A stretch of 64,000 bases of DNA from Eledone cirrhosa (Eukaryota): the NCBI GenBank assembly GCA_964016885.1, contig OZ024753.1:4030001-4094000 (forward strand), in the 5' to 3' direction. Positions 15,131 to 30,745 of this stretch are shown here, in pieces (position 1 is the first letter of the stretch; every line of letters begins with the position of its first letter). The notes below the pieces were generated by a model. That model saw only the letters and a program-made list of their open reading frames with translations. It was not told the DNA's origin and ran no database searches. The translations under genes and the position numbers were made by a program.

Positions 15131-15637
15131 TAGACAAATAATCAGGAACTCTTTTAAATATAACGCTAACCGCATGCTAGTAACCTCCACTTAGCTCGCA
15201 ACATTTAAATATAATTATAACATTAATATATAATTTGGAGTACGTGTATGTCTTCATGCAGATATAAACGTACTCCCAAATGTATGCATGTTGTAATGCC
15301 TGAAAACAGAGTGGTAACTAATCTACGAGTTATCGAGAATGAAGTGTATATGCCAATCCTTTCATGTACCTCCTAATTTAAATGAAGTTGTTTTACTCTG
15401 TTATCTTATTCTATCCTGACAAACTGCTTCCTTTGGGTAGATGAAATGGTTAACTTCTTTCTAACTGATATCAGCTACAATCTAACCATCACATAAATAA
15501 CTTTGTCACATATTCCTGACAGGAATGTCTAGCGGAGAATTCAATGTTGTTTCGAATTAATGTTATACCTGTCAATATTCAGATGATATAATAGCTTCTT
15601 TTGAAGGAAACATGATACACCGACATCATCGACCTCG

Positions 15638-16252
<615 letters not shown>

Positions 16253-16595
16253 AATTGGTGTTGGATGCTTAAAGCGTCCGTATGCGGCAGGCCGTATGAG
16301 CACTCAATGCCCTCGTAGAGCAGAGTATGATATCACAGAAAAAAGAGAATCAGTGTTGCGACGAAAGGAATTTATTGGACATATTACAAATGTTTCCCGG
16401 GCGACCAGCTCGAGGCACGATCGATACGATGATCATACCTGACTCTGAAATCAACACGGTCCTGGGATACGTTTCGATTCTACGAAGCAGATTTTCCATA
16501 TCGATCGTGCTTCGAGCTGGTCGCTCGAGAAACATTTGTAATATGTCCAATAAATTCCTTTCGTCGCAACACTGATTCTCTTATTTCTGTGATAT
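16253..16595 (-). mobile_element. fold-back element family A (tail + 97-bp inverted arms + 72-bp spacer) in (TA)n
   Basis: Arms 16330-16426 and 16499-16595 with ~4 mismatches; tail 16253-16329; homolog at 55324-55670. Confidence 0.85.
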
Positions 16596-16624
16596 ATATA
16601 TACATATATATATATAAATGTGTG

Positions 16625-16727
<103 letters not shown>

Positions 16728-16738
16728 ATATGTGTGTG

Positions 16739-16769
<31 letters not shown>

Positions 16770-18928
16770 CGATTTACCTGACCCGATAGAAATTAAAAAG
16801 AATAAACGATTGCGAAGATTGCAAAATATATACACATTAAAGAAAAAAACTACATGAAAATCTCAATTTCACGAGAACATTTCCAATTTCTCTTAGCTCA
16901 CAGAAGATAACAGGTCTTGTCATGAGAATAAATAAATAAAAACAACCTCAAAAATTGTAACCAAATAACTGATATCTGAATAAGCACTATGCAAGTGTTT
17001 TCCATCAAATATGTGTATGGGTGTATGGATCAATTTTCATTCTTTGTAACAACAACTAAAAATACCTTTAGTGTAAGTGTTAATGTAATTATGCAACAAA
17101 AGCCATCTTCTTGGATATGGAATCTACAGGGAATTTCTAAAAATCGGTGATGATGTTTCAGCATTTGAGATACCCTATCTCATTTTCGTAGGTAAATAAT
17201 AGGTTTTTAACAAAAGAAAAAAAGCGAACAAACTCAACATTGAGATCAATCATTCAGAGGTGTCATCCAAATGCGACACCAACAATAGTGCATATTTAAT
17301 ACAGATCAACATATCTTATTAGTAAGAAGTGTATGTTGCTGAGAAGATAACAGGATTATTTTATTAGTCTATAATCTGATTCTGTATGAGAGTACAGAGA
17401 ACGATTTCTTCATAGGAAAGATAGTTTTGAAGTTAATTGTCTCAGAAAATAAAACACAGATTGTATAGATGTTTCAATATCTTAATTTCTAACGTCCTCC
17501 TGTATTTTGTTTCAGTTTATTCCGAATTAAATATCCCATTATCAGTACTTTGATTTGTGTGTTAACGTCTAATATTCACACAGAATTCACTGGATAATTG
17601 GATATATTAGGTCTATGGGCACGTTCCTCTTCTGAATAAACTATCCTCAGGAAACTTATATAAAGATTAAAATATATCTTTCAGTAACACACATTGAAGT
17701 GTTGAAACACTATTAAGTGGTGCGTTGGTTTGCGCTATCAAATCTGTGCGTAAAATCTTAAATTTCATTGAAATAAAACATCATTTAAGCTACCTAAGAT
17801 TTCAGTGTCTAAGTGGAATCGTAAATCTTTGCTAGTTACTGTTTTAAACATTACCGTGTATATTAATTATTAACTTAGACTACATCCCAATAATATAACT
17901 GTATAACTTTACCGTGGAATATATATTCTTTATAAAATAATTGTATGGTATTTCAATTGTATTGATGGCGGAGATGAAGGCTGCCTTGTAAGTCTCTATG
18001 AGTTCTGCCATTTCTGAGACAGTGCTATATCGTATATATACAGGATGATGTTTTATTTGCAAAAATACAAAACAAAAACTACTAATTTAAAATTCGTTTT
18101 AGAGCTACAGGATTTCTTCCTTCATTCACTCAATACCTGAACTATTATCTTGACCCATGCTGCACGATATATAGGTTTTATCAGTTTGTATCAAAAACAC
18201 CATACACACGATGGCCTTATGGAAAATAAATCGTAGAAATATTCAAAGATTTTAAAAAGATTGCCTTCTATTATTATATCAATAAAGAGTGGCTCTCGTG
18301 AGAAAATAACACGTAATGCCTGTAATGAAAACACTTCAGTTTACGGTGTAACGTGAATGTAATTACCAGTAAAGCAGATACATTCGATCGTTAATAATAG
18401 TATATTTTTCGGCCTATCTTACAACACAGCAGTATATACACACAATCAAGAATTCTCAACAACCTGAATCAAACTGGAATAGCAGAAACAAAGATATATA
18501 CTTAAATTATTGGGTATATATTAACCACAACATTCACATTTGATTACGATGGAAATGAAAACAGATTCATCCAAGATAACAAGAAGGTTTGACATAGCCA
18601 GAATAGATATTCAGAGATGTCAGGAAATAAGGGTATAAGTAGAGCTTTCTGCAAAAGTAGGAACATTGCATGAAAATATAGATTATGCTAGGATATTCTG
18701 TATCGAGAAACAACCACAATTATCGCTGCAATGAAAAGAAAACCCGAAGTGTAAATGACATCACAGTAGCCCATTTGGAGAACATCCATTAGGTGTATTA
18801 TTTATGTGTGTGTATATGTGTGGGCGTGAGTGTCTGGATGCGTATCATTATACACGCATACACACACACGCATTACACACATAATGTGTTTACCATCATT
18901 CCGTTGGTATACATCTATTACGTAATTT

Positions 18929-18986
18929 ACACCTGAAGATGTCACCATGTTCTTACGTAACGTGGCCGCTGAAATGTGCATAGTGT
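18929..18986 (+). ncRNA. minimal type-I hammerhead ribozyme motif (partly degenerate)
   Basis: ACAC-CTGAAGA-[tgtcaccatgtt..aacgtggccgct]-GAAA-T-gtgc-A-TA-GTGT; first stem II pair mismatched; AATAAA follows. Confidence 0.6.
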
Positions 18987-20678
18987 TTGCTGGAATAAAT
19001 AAGTAAGGAAATTAGTTTATAACATATAGTTTATAACATATAGTTTATAATATACAGCGCTAGAAGATTTTACTTTACATCCCTTCCAAATGGCGCATAC
19101 AATGAATTAAACGTTATTTTATTCTTATAAGTGTATTATGCAATATATAGTTTTATGTCCTACATAACGTTCCACACACATACACACACCATTAAGCGAT
19201 CGATTATTGAAAACATTTCAATTTAAATAGTCAAGCCTCCTTGTTGTTTTCATAACACGATGCTTTTACTTTTCAAAATCGATGTTTTATCATTTCTAGT
19301 TATAGGGAAATACTTCAAGTAAGTGCCGATATCATAATCATTTGTTCGTTAAATCTATTTCCCGTGTTTTAGTTTCTTCTGCTGGTTCTCTTTGTTGTAG
19401 TTGGTGATCTTTGGGTTGTTGTCTTAAATTAATTATTTCACAATAATTTGAACAAGCATTTGCATGATTAGAATTATTCACACACATTGCATATAATTAC
19501 CAGAATTGGTCAAACTCTATACCACTTGCCCTGTTATAATTCCCAGCTGTGAATATATATTCAAACATCACATGAGTAATTCTATTCCTAGTCAACGGGA
19601 AATCAAACAGCTTTCATGCCCTCTTGTTATTCACCAATCAACGGCTATCCATTATGAAGGATCTCAATGAGCTATATATATATATACAAATTTCAACAGT
19701 GTCTCAACCCTTTCGCCAAACAGTACAAAGACATTCAAATGTGCCCGAAGCACCATAGCAGGCCTTTTATATTAAAATAAAACAACCAATCATTGTATGT
19801 ATGTATACATTCAAAGGAACACAAACATGATCAGGCGATATTTACAATGACTCGGGAAAATAATACCCCCTTATAGGAGACGGTAAAATCACTTATTTTT
19901 ACAATTAATGCATTGGATGTGTCCAAGGCAGGAAGTTACCTGAGTAGTGTATTGCATTATTTGGTTTCATTCACATCAATTATGGGTTCAAACGTTAAAA
20001 AGGTTCTACCAGTAGACATGAATTTGTTTCGATGTTGAAGAATAATTATCAAGATTGACAACATCTATATGAATAAACACATTGCTAATATTGATCAGTA
20101 CTATTCCAATACTACTGAGGAATAATTTCTTATTTCTCGGTACAATTTAATATATCTTCGTGTAATAAATAAACACAAAATCCTGTTACGTAAATGTTTC
20201 AAATATTACAAGTTGAGAATTGAAGTGATTTTAGCCGGTGTTTAGCATAAAAAATGAAAATTCGTAAAATATTTCAGAATAAAAATGTTTTCAATTTGAA
20301 TGGAATTGAAATTTTAACATGGATAATAAACAGAAAAATTCAATCTACTGTAGATTTGACGTGCTTATTATAAGATTACAAACATGATACACAATGAGTA
20401 CAGCTGTAGTTCATGGTAGTTGTCTGTACCTCAGAGACATATATGTCGGGAGATGAATAGGTAACCAGGCATTCCAGAGCGCCCATTTATTAATCCTTTG
20501 TTCTACCCCCCCCCAGTAATAATTTAAGACGGCCACTATTTTGTCAATATTCTCTAAAATTGACTAAAAAATAGCCTATGATTTTAGATAAGGTGGGTTG
20601 GAAATAGAGCGAATCCTATCAGAGTTTATGAAAATAAAACCTCAGAGGTTTAGCTATTAGACGTTGTTTCTCTAATAT

Positions 20679-20845
20679 ACAATAATTTCTAATTCCAGAA
20701 CAAGGTCAGTAATTTGGGGAGAGAAGCGGTAGATTATGTGTACACCAGTAGTTGAACTGTATCTCACTGTGTCTACCACCAAATGTTTGAAAAGCATAGT
20801 TGATATCAGCAGAATTGAATGTCAGCCTTTCATAATTTCGGGTAA
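20679..20845 (-). mobile_element. old degenerate SINE copy
   Basis: aataatttctaa..acaaggtcagtaatttgggg..accagta..tgaaaagcatagttga..gaattgaa is weakly similar to the reverse complement of the SINE. Confidence 0.5.
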
Positions 20846-23419
20846 AAAAGAAAACTAAAGTAAATAGTGTTTAATATACATTGTCTGGCATGTTTTTTTT
20901 TATAAAAAGAACCCCATAAGTCAATTCACAACCTGCTCACAAAGTACAATGCGGTTTGTAAAATTATTCGAGTAAGAAGTCTGGTCGAGTCAAAATGGAT
21001 AGTGTTTGTGAATGCTGTTTAGAATCCCTGAAAAAAAAAAAAAAAAAAAGATTGTATTTCATAATAAATGGAACACATATTTCTAAATAAAAGAATGTTT
21101 TTGTACGAATAAGTAAGTTCAGTCCTCCCCTACGTAAGATTCCATTATTGGTACCTTATTATTCTTAGCATTTGTTTCTGAACACGATCAACTCCAGGTA
21201 ACAAATAGTTAGCTGCAGAAATGTATAGAAATATATCATGCCATAAAGCAATATTAATATCAAGAATGTTTTATTGCGGAGAAATGTTTGACAAAAAAAA
21301 TTTACAGTGACTCGTTGATAGTGAAATATGTAAGGCTTGGAAAAAAACCTAACATAGAACCTCTATGTAAATATATCATATTGCCAATTAACGCGCAAAA
21401 CCATGTAGTACATATAACATTACATGTTTTTCGTTTTACGATAGAAAATAATACTTCAAGTAAAGGTGCATCCCAATTCCTCTTGTAACAAGAATCCAAC
21501 GTACATTATTTTACTTTTACAGCGTTAACAATGAATGACTGTATTAAGTAACGGATCAGCTGCTTATTAATTTTGAGATTCTATTGGTGGATCTTAATAT
21601 AGTCCCTGCATACACAACAGACTAAGCAAATAGTAACTTCAGAAATCACTAGAGTGTTTATCAAAAGAATATAAATGCCTTCAAATATAATTATTTGTAC
21701 ACAGGGCAACACAATACATGTAAAAATACAACAGATTTTGTAAAGTTTTGGATATAATTACATAAAATGGCAACATATGCCATACCGAATATACTCAATG
21801 TTTAGATACTTTAAAGCTGATTTAAGCTTTGTTTTAACAATTGATAAGCATGGAGTTTCTGTGGCTTTACTTAACACCATCTCGGAACATTTCCATTTTA
21901 GGAGCATAAAATCGTTTGAAAGCAAATCAAAATTAAACTGAGTGAAGGAAAATACATAACATTGAAACAAATCTTGCTTTCTTGTCGACGAATATGGACA
22001 TGAACAGGAAAATAAATTATACTAACAACTTCTACGAAAAAGGTCATAACTAAAGATTTCCTATGCTAGTGTACCTCAAATGTTAATGACCAGTTAGTGA
22101 AATATGTGCAAATAATACATGAAATCTTATTTGAAAATGATTGATAACTTCTCACAAAGGGTTCCCAATATATTAATTTTGGGTATACCCGCAAGGATAT
22201 CATTCAATTTCACCTCATAACAACACATACCTTCTATGTGTATTGTTATGTGCATATGTTGTTGTGAGTATATGTGTTTGTGTGTGCGCGTGAATATGCT
22301 CGCATGTGTGCTCGAAATATACACAGCTTTATATTTCTGCATATATATGTGTGTTCAGGAATGTAACAATGCCTCTAGAATAGATTATTTAGTTTCTATA
22401 TTTCTATTTACACATTGCAGTAAATGGTATGCATCTGCATGAAATCTGAATAATTTATAGTTACAATCTACCACAAATTCAAAAGATTAAAGTATTTGAT
22501 TTAGCGAAAAAAGAAATAATTGAAAATTAATATATTCATAAAACAACATCATAAATATGGATTCCTGTTTACGTGGCTTATTTTATACTTAAAGGTATTA
22601 CATTTTCCTGTCACTTTTTTGGATTTAATCGATGTTTCTTTTGACTGTGAAGAATGTGGTTAACGTAGACAGCCGAAATAAGTGTACAAATAATTATACA
22701 TAATTTAGTTATCCCTTGTTCAAACCATAACGAAGTCATTAAGCTTCCCCACAACACAATTATCTATCTTGTACTTGAGTAGATTCAATGACTTGCAAAG
22801 AAAGGTATGCTTATGGAATAAATCACTAATGTTCATTGTTATTGAAGACCTGCCAGAATGTTGTCGGTAAGACCTCTACATGACCCTAACCCTATCCCAA
22901 ACCGTGATCAAAACACCTGTATTACATTGTTAGAATAATACAGAGATGGTTCGCCACAAAAATAAAAACGAATTGGTGAGTCATCTCCGAATCAAGTCTA
23001 TTCTCTATTCCGTTTGTGTTCGACATAATCCTGTTATCGATTAACTAATAACATCGCCATAGGCTGGCATCAGGTTCTGATACTGTAACTAGGCCATTGA
23101 AATAAGTATTGTATTTTTGCAATATTTACTGTTGAATATTTGAATGTTTACTGTTCAGGCTTCTGTTGTCTTTAAATAAATATTTAACTCTTTACCTGCA
23201 CCAGCCACAGGATACCACATCTGCGATGGATGATTTGAATAATGTCGAAGGCTGTATCTTATTACATCATGATTTTCAAATTGGAAGGATCAGATTTATC
23301 AGACGTTTGTTTCCATGACCAGTCTTGAAAGTGCAAGATTAGACACGGTTTGTTAAGTTTTCTCTCTCACACACACAATCTCGTTCTCACTCTATTTATT
23401 ATCTATGTGTTCATGCAAA

Positions 23420-24290
23420 CCTAAATAAAAACAAGACCGTAAAGCTGAAAGTAACACTAAACGTTACTCTAAGGTGTAGCCTAAATCTAACCCTAATGCT
23501 AAACCTAGCCTCAACCCTAAACCTAATCCTAAACATAACTCTAACTGTAAAACCAAACTTAATCATAAACCTAAAACCACACCCTATCCCTAAAACCTAA
23601 TACTGATCTTACATCTAACCCTACGCATGACTTTAAACATAATACTAATGGCAACACTAACACTAACCTTAATCATAAACATTACGCTAGCTATAAAAAT
23701 AACCCAATCCTTAATCGTAATATTAAGCATAACACAACACCTAACCCTAAATGTAATGATAAAACTGAACTTAAATATAATTTAACACTAAACCACCTAA
23801 CTTAAACTTAACCATAACTCTAACCCTAATAAAAAACAAAATACTGCAACACTAACACTAAACTTAAAGCTAACAGTAAACCTAACGCTAACTGTAACAC
23901 TAAAATTAAACCGAGCCCTAACACTGACTTTCTCCCTAAATGTAAACCTAAACATAAAACCTGACCCTAACCTTTAATCTAACAACAAAACTAAGCTTAT
24001 AACAACAAAACTAAACCCAAAGCCTAAGCTTAAGACTAACCATAAACCTAACACTAACATGATCACAAAACTAAAACCTAACACGTAACATTGACCATAA
24101 TCTTGACTGTAAAAATAATTCTAAAGCTAAATATGCCTGAAACCCTGAGTCTAAGCCTATCTTTAAATCTAACCATAGCTCGATAGGTAAGCCTAATATT
24201 AACGCTAAACCTAAACGTTAAGTTAACCCTATCAGGGATAGACATACTGGAAATCCAAAATATACTATTGACTAAACTGAAACCCCAAAC
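23420..24290. repeat. degenerate telomere-like hexamer array (CCCTAA/CCTAAA/ACTAAC)
   Basis: About 870 bp with 6-bp periodic cTAAc, e.g. aaccctaacctaatcctaaacataactctaac. Confidence 0.75.
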
Positions 24291-24423
24291 CAACAATATT
24301 CTAGAACACAAATAGTCTAATATAGACAGCTCTGGGTTTTAATCTATATGATAGACATTACGCCAGTATCTATCTGCTCAATAAGCTTGTGGGATTAAAT
24401 CAACACACACACAACCCCCTCCC

Positions 24424-24553
<130 letters not shown>

Positions 24554-27500
24554 CGTGCGTATGTGTATCTGTGCCCATATTGTTTAGAAATATATTTTGA
24601 TACTTATTTAACTTATATCTTCTCCACATTTCTTTCTTTTACAGAATCATTCATACTTGTAAACAAACAAGAAATAAATAAAGAGAGATGGACATTCCGG
24701 AAGAGAGATAAAAACATCGACGTGTATGATTCGGAAATAATTTGGCATATTTAAAAGTCTTATAATCTGTCATTGAATAACGAATGCTTGATCGATCTCC
24801 AGACCACCACCTTACAACAGTTGATTGTCTGACTAAGCTGAAATATTTCGGATATAAAACGCCTGCGAATCATTGCTCTTATCTAACCCAGCCTCCCTGA
24901 CGTCCAGAATTATTCTTGTTGTAAATTCTATGACACGAATGTTTTATTAAATCTGAAGATTTTTATGAAATAATTTCTAAATACTCAGAAAGGATTTACT
25001 CGAATGACAGATTATAGAAGAACGATAATCGATTTTTATTGTTTTCTTGATATTATTTATTTTAATTTAATGTTTTATATATATACCTTTTGATATTTTC
25101 ATTATAGTCATCTTGATATTTGTGTTCGCGCATCCATATGAATCTTGATGACATACATTCTCTTGGAAATATTCTGGCGCATTGCACTGGATATCAAATA
25201 TAGATAGATAATGAAATATATATATATATATATATTTGAGTTTCTGAGTCCACTCAGACCATAATCGAAAAACAAAAATGCCCGTCCGACACCTGAGGTG
25301 ATGTCTATTAAAGCAGTTATTTCCACAATATATATGTATCAATTTGGCTTTTTTGGTTTTCGCACCTATGTAGCTGCATATTCGCTTCGGGGACTCCAGA
25401 TTTTCACCAGCATGTTATATTCGTGCATGTCGTATACTACAATAGAAATATCCACTCATAGTATAGAATCATGTCAATGTTGGTTTACGTTTTATTGTAT
25501 CATTAGTTGCTTGTAAATATTACATTCTCCAAACAGGGAATGGATTGCGCTTGTTGGATAGTAGGTTATGTCATATAATTGGCTTTAAAAATTGATTTCT
25601 TCAGGTGTCTTGAGTGGTGAAGTCACCAGATAATACTAGTTACACATGCTAAATGTTTCCGTAACTTGTTCGTGATGGATGATACATAAAATGACAACTG
25701 TTGGCTGTAGTTGCTGATACAAACTAACTTCACACAACTTCCTCGAATTGGATCCCTGTACTTTATCAACATGGATACAATATTTTCCCTGTACTCCTAC
25801 AACATGGATACAATATTTTATTCATAAGCTGTGAGTTTTACAACAAGTATCATGTTATTGTTTAATTCATTCATAATCTGTATGTATAGGGTTCCGTAAC
25901 TCCTGATGGTTTCGTAAGACCGCCGTAGTGACATACGGCTTTTCTTGTATTTTAACCCCATTTCATTCCTGGTCTGACTTCAGCAGATATTTTCCAGAAA
26001 AGGATAGAAAGTGAAATTATTAACTCGCGCTTTCTTAGTGATACTGACTACTGTGTGATACCAAGTGTGGAATAACACAGCAGCGACCAGACCCACATTG
26101 GCCTTGAATTATATATATATATATATTCTTCAGAGATTTTACTGGTTTCAATACTTGAACTTCGGTCATGAAATAGTAAGGATTACAGATGTTACCAAAC
26201 AACGTAATAATGTCAATGCTTACAATATCAGGCTCTACCTATGGAGTCAATAAGTTTTAGTTTTGACAAAAGATAAACGCATGTATACACGCCGATTTCT
26301 AAATAAAACAATTCGTCGTAGGTATCCACACACAATGCTAGTGTTTACGACTAATACAATTCTATTTCAATATTCTTAAATTGGACATTAAAGCAAGAAT
26401 ATTCCTGTTTGGTGACCATTACAAAAATGACGCATTGTAGTACATTATAATACAATGTGGCATGAATGGAAAACACAAGAAGTTAAGATTAACATTCTAT
26501 AAGGAATTATAGAAATAAAACAACTTCTTGAATCTAGAATATTTATTTATAGCCAAATCCAAATATGAATTGTAGTTTTAAATAAAGCTCACGAGAAGTC
26601 AATAATGAAATGATACAATTTCAAGGATTTTTTTTATTGTGTTCCGACACTCATTTGCGAAACATTTGTTCGTATATATTTAAGAATGCGCTAATAAATA
26701 AACATTATTACACTTTTTATTTTTGGTGGCAGCTGCAAGAAATATGTTTTTAAATTTCCATCTAATCTTCTGTTGCACCTATCATGAAAGTTTCAGATTC
26801 AGGGCATTCACCCTAGAAGATGATATTGTGGAAGGAATGCTAATCCTGTTAGTGTACAGATGAGAAACGTACCTTTTATTTTTTCCCTAATATCGGTGTC
26901 GTTTCCCCATAATCTGTATAATACATACAGGCATAATCAGAAAACGTCAGATGTATGTAACTGTAAGGATAATGTTCTTCAGCTTTTCCTGATAAGGAGA
27001 TGATGGCTTTCTGACATTGAAACCTAGAGTTGTGAAACTTGTCTTATGTACTGAACTGAAGCCTCACATGTTGAATATAATGCTCAGGAATTTTGATCTC
27101 AAGTCAATATTTTGATAGATTCTCATATGTGTCATAGCTAAAAGTTGAGATTGGGAAGCTTTAATTTAATTTGCTGTTTATAGGTATTCAGTTACGAAGT
27201 GAACAGATCCTTCTTAAAACGTGACATACGCGTATTCCTTGAAAGAGACTCATTAAATATACCAGCATTTTAATATCATGGTAATAAAAAGCATTACAGA
27301 AAAGGTTACTGGAGAATTAACAGAAGAAATGCTGGTGATGCATATAAAATAATATGAAAATAAATAAGAAAATAATTTATGATAAGTGTGAGAAAATAAA
27401 TGCAGATTATGAAAATACTTAAATTGGAAAAGAAACCATGATTTTGAAAATGTTATTTAGGATAGAGTTCAAGAGATATGACTATAGTACCTGATTCCAT

Positions 27501-29347
27501 TTTTTAAAATGCATATGTAGAGATAAATAAGATAATGTGAATGGCATTTAACATAAATTTTAGATCTTTCCTAGGAGAGTGTATTCATGAAATACATTAC
27601 CGATTGAAATTTTAATCAGATTTGATAGAATTTATAACAATGTATTCTAATTAGTTAGTAATGTCAGGAAATGTGTATTGTTATAAAATAGGAGTTAATT
27701 CTGTGCGATAACTATCAGTTGATTTACCCTATCTACTCGATAAGATTTGATCTGAATATACGTCGGCCCTAATTTTATGCCTGAGAAATGGGCAAAATTC
27801 CAACTCCAATTTGTGATTCGAGGCAGCTAATCAACACATTGTTTCGATTGCGTGTACAAGCACCCCCATTTCCCTTCGATTTTTCGTTTACGTGTTCCTC
27901 AACTTATGTTCCAGCATATGCGGTAATTATTTTTGTTTTCTTTTGTTATTAATGTTAACTCCATGGTTACAGATATGTTTGTGTTCAACAATTATATTCT
28001 TCATCTATGCTGAGTGGATCATGCGTACTAGAATGCATTTGTTTTGGGGAATTATGAAAATAGAAGTGTATGGAAATGTATGCTCACTAATTGCATCAGC
28101 CCACACAGGGGATACAGATTTAAATGGGAGAAACTCACTTGTAAAATAAATCCGCAAGTTTTGAAACGAAATATGTAACTATACAAATTAAGAGAGAGAG
28201 AGAGAGGGAGAGAGAGATTGTGAGTGTTAGATAGGCATGCATACATATTTATGAATGCATGCTTACATATGATAAAACCACTGATTTTTAAATTCATGCG
28301 TTCATTGAAAATACTTTCTCAAATATTCTGTTGATATATCAGTATTCTCTATGAAAGTCTTTTAATTTTATCAAAATTCTAAATTTTATTAACGCATCAG
28401 ATACTATTTAAATAATGAACAGTTGATATGAAATCGAACCTACTAAGCATGTTATTTGTAAATATTAATATTATCATTATCTAAAATTTACTTATTAATG
28501 ATGTGCATTGTTTTGTGACAATTTATTGTTGCTAACTCGATATTGCTAAAATTTGGGGCGTATAGATTGAAATTATAGCAGCACTGCGGATTTAAAATAA
28601 ATGGGAATAATTTATTGGTGGCGATTTCTATTAGTACTCATATGTTCGAATGAGAGTTGAAGTTATATAAGTTAACTAACGGCCAATTATGTTTCTATGC
28701 TTCACATATGCTCTTCTCAACTATACATAATATATATTTTCAGACCGGTCGTGTGAAATAACAATAACTGAGTTGTATCTTTATGGAAAATATAATCTAA
28801 ACAATGAAGCATTCATCTCAACCGCCAAATTTCAACAATAGCACTCCAGATTTCACCAGAGAGAAAAGTATGGGAGGCTAGAAGGCTAGAGACAAAACAC
28901 AAAATTAAGATGACTGAGGAGGGTAGGCGAGTATTCCAATGTGTGAGGGTCGGGTTAGATGTGCCCTGGTGCTGTTACATGTGTGCAGATCGCGGGTGAG
29001 ATTACTTCTTCTGTGCGTGTGTGTATTTGATTTGTGTAACATTAATGGAAGTGTGCGTGGGTTGTATATTTGCCTGTTTATGTATTTTTCGTGAGAATGT
29101 TGTACTATTTATTGATGTCCATACACAAAGCAAATAGCGCAACCTTCGGTTTCATGGCCCAGTTATGGCTATCTCCTTAGATTGTGCCGCTGCAGCTAAA
29201 TACATGGTGGAGTGATCAAATGTGTGACCTATTCACCAAGCGGGGCTAACAGTTTGGACATATTATATATATGTATGTATGCAAGAATGTAGATATGTAT
29301 GTATGTATGTATCTTTGTGTGTATGCATGCATGTGTGTATGTACATA

Positions 29348-29457
<110 letters not shown>

Positions 29458-29617
29458 TTTTGAGTATATGTTGGTTGTATATGATTCCAGTTCCTCAGTG
29501 AAATAACAACCCAACCAGGAACTGGGTATATCAGAGTATTGACAATAGTATACACCTAAACAACACATGTACTTGTCTATACCAACATATGTACTTGTCT
29601 ATACCACACTAATTCAA

Positions 29618-29672
29618 ACTGCCTGAAGAGGTCACATTCAAAGATGGCTGTCACTGAAATATATATAGCAGT
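29618..29672 (+). ncRNA. minimal type-I hammerhead ribozyme motif
   Basis: ACTGC-CTGAAGA-[ggtcac..gtcact]-GAAA-T-atat-A-TA-GCAGT-AATAAA; predicted cut after 29667; within a ~270-bp cassette between TA tracts. Confidence 0.75.
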
Positions 29673-30589
29673 AATAAACGAAGCTAAATTTTAAACATTT
29701 GACTTTTTATTTAACTTTATTTTATATATATATATATTTCCACGTGTTTGTGCGAATGTGTGTGTCAGTGTGGGCGTGTATGGCTGTCCGTATGTGTATT
29801 TGTGTGCGGTCCAGTTAAACCATTTTGAATTATGCTAAATGTTATATTCCATTATACGCCTCTTATATTCAGTTCCTTGCCCTTATTAATGATTCAAACT
29901 TTTCTCCGCCTCATTCAACGGTGACACAGTTATATTAAAGCATGTTGTCAAAATTGTGATTGAGATACACACTATATGATTACTATTCATCTCAAATATA
30001 CTGAAATGCTTACACCTAATCAGATTGCTCATTAAACTGGTAAATCTCACTTGTCAAAAATAAACCAACTTAAATTCTTTATTACAGATATTCTATTTGT
30101 CAAGTATAAAAATATAATAGTGTCATTCACCACAATCTCATATAGTAATACCTCCTACATTTTCAATTTGAAAGCATATGTTGCATTTGCATTTTTATAC
30201 TTAGGTAATTATAGTACTTCATATTGTAGTAATCCGAATATTATCACAACAAGGAAGGAAACAACTTCGTACATATAATCACAATTCTATTTAACATATC
30301 GCCAATCAACAAAACCTAAATGTACTCATATCACACATTTACAAGGAAAATATGAATAAAAAGTGAAATAAACTACAAGTAGGCAGATAGGTTATGTAAG
30401 TTCCGTATAATTAAATCTCTATATGCAGAAGCTTTGGTAAATCATATCAATCAAACGATACATATGCCTGTGAGTAGTTGATATTGTTTTGTAGTTCGTT
30501 AGTGTGAAGATTGCAGTTAAATTAGGATCTGCTCCCCCAAAATAAATATACTACATATTGATATAAAATCACTTACATATCTACTTACA

Positions 30590-30644
30590 TGTATGTATAT
30601 ATATATACATATATATAAATATAATTATATATATATATATATAT

Positions 30645-30730
<86 letters not shown>

Positions 30731-30745
30731 GTGTGTGTGTGTATA
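30590..30745. repeat. (TA)n/(TG)n microsatellite
   Basis: Direct reading. Confidence 0.95.

Noticed and set aside
22640-22692. ctgtgaaga..gccGAAAT hammerhead-like spacing
   Set aside because: Core has insertions and stem II does not pair
25767-25819. 20-bp direct repeat caacatggatacaatatttt; similar short duplications near 19013 and 45765
   Set aside because: Ordinary slippage duplications
26985-27045. ctgataag..gaaac..gaaacttgtc motif
   Set aside because: Cannot be folded into a consistent three-stem junction
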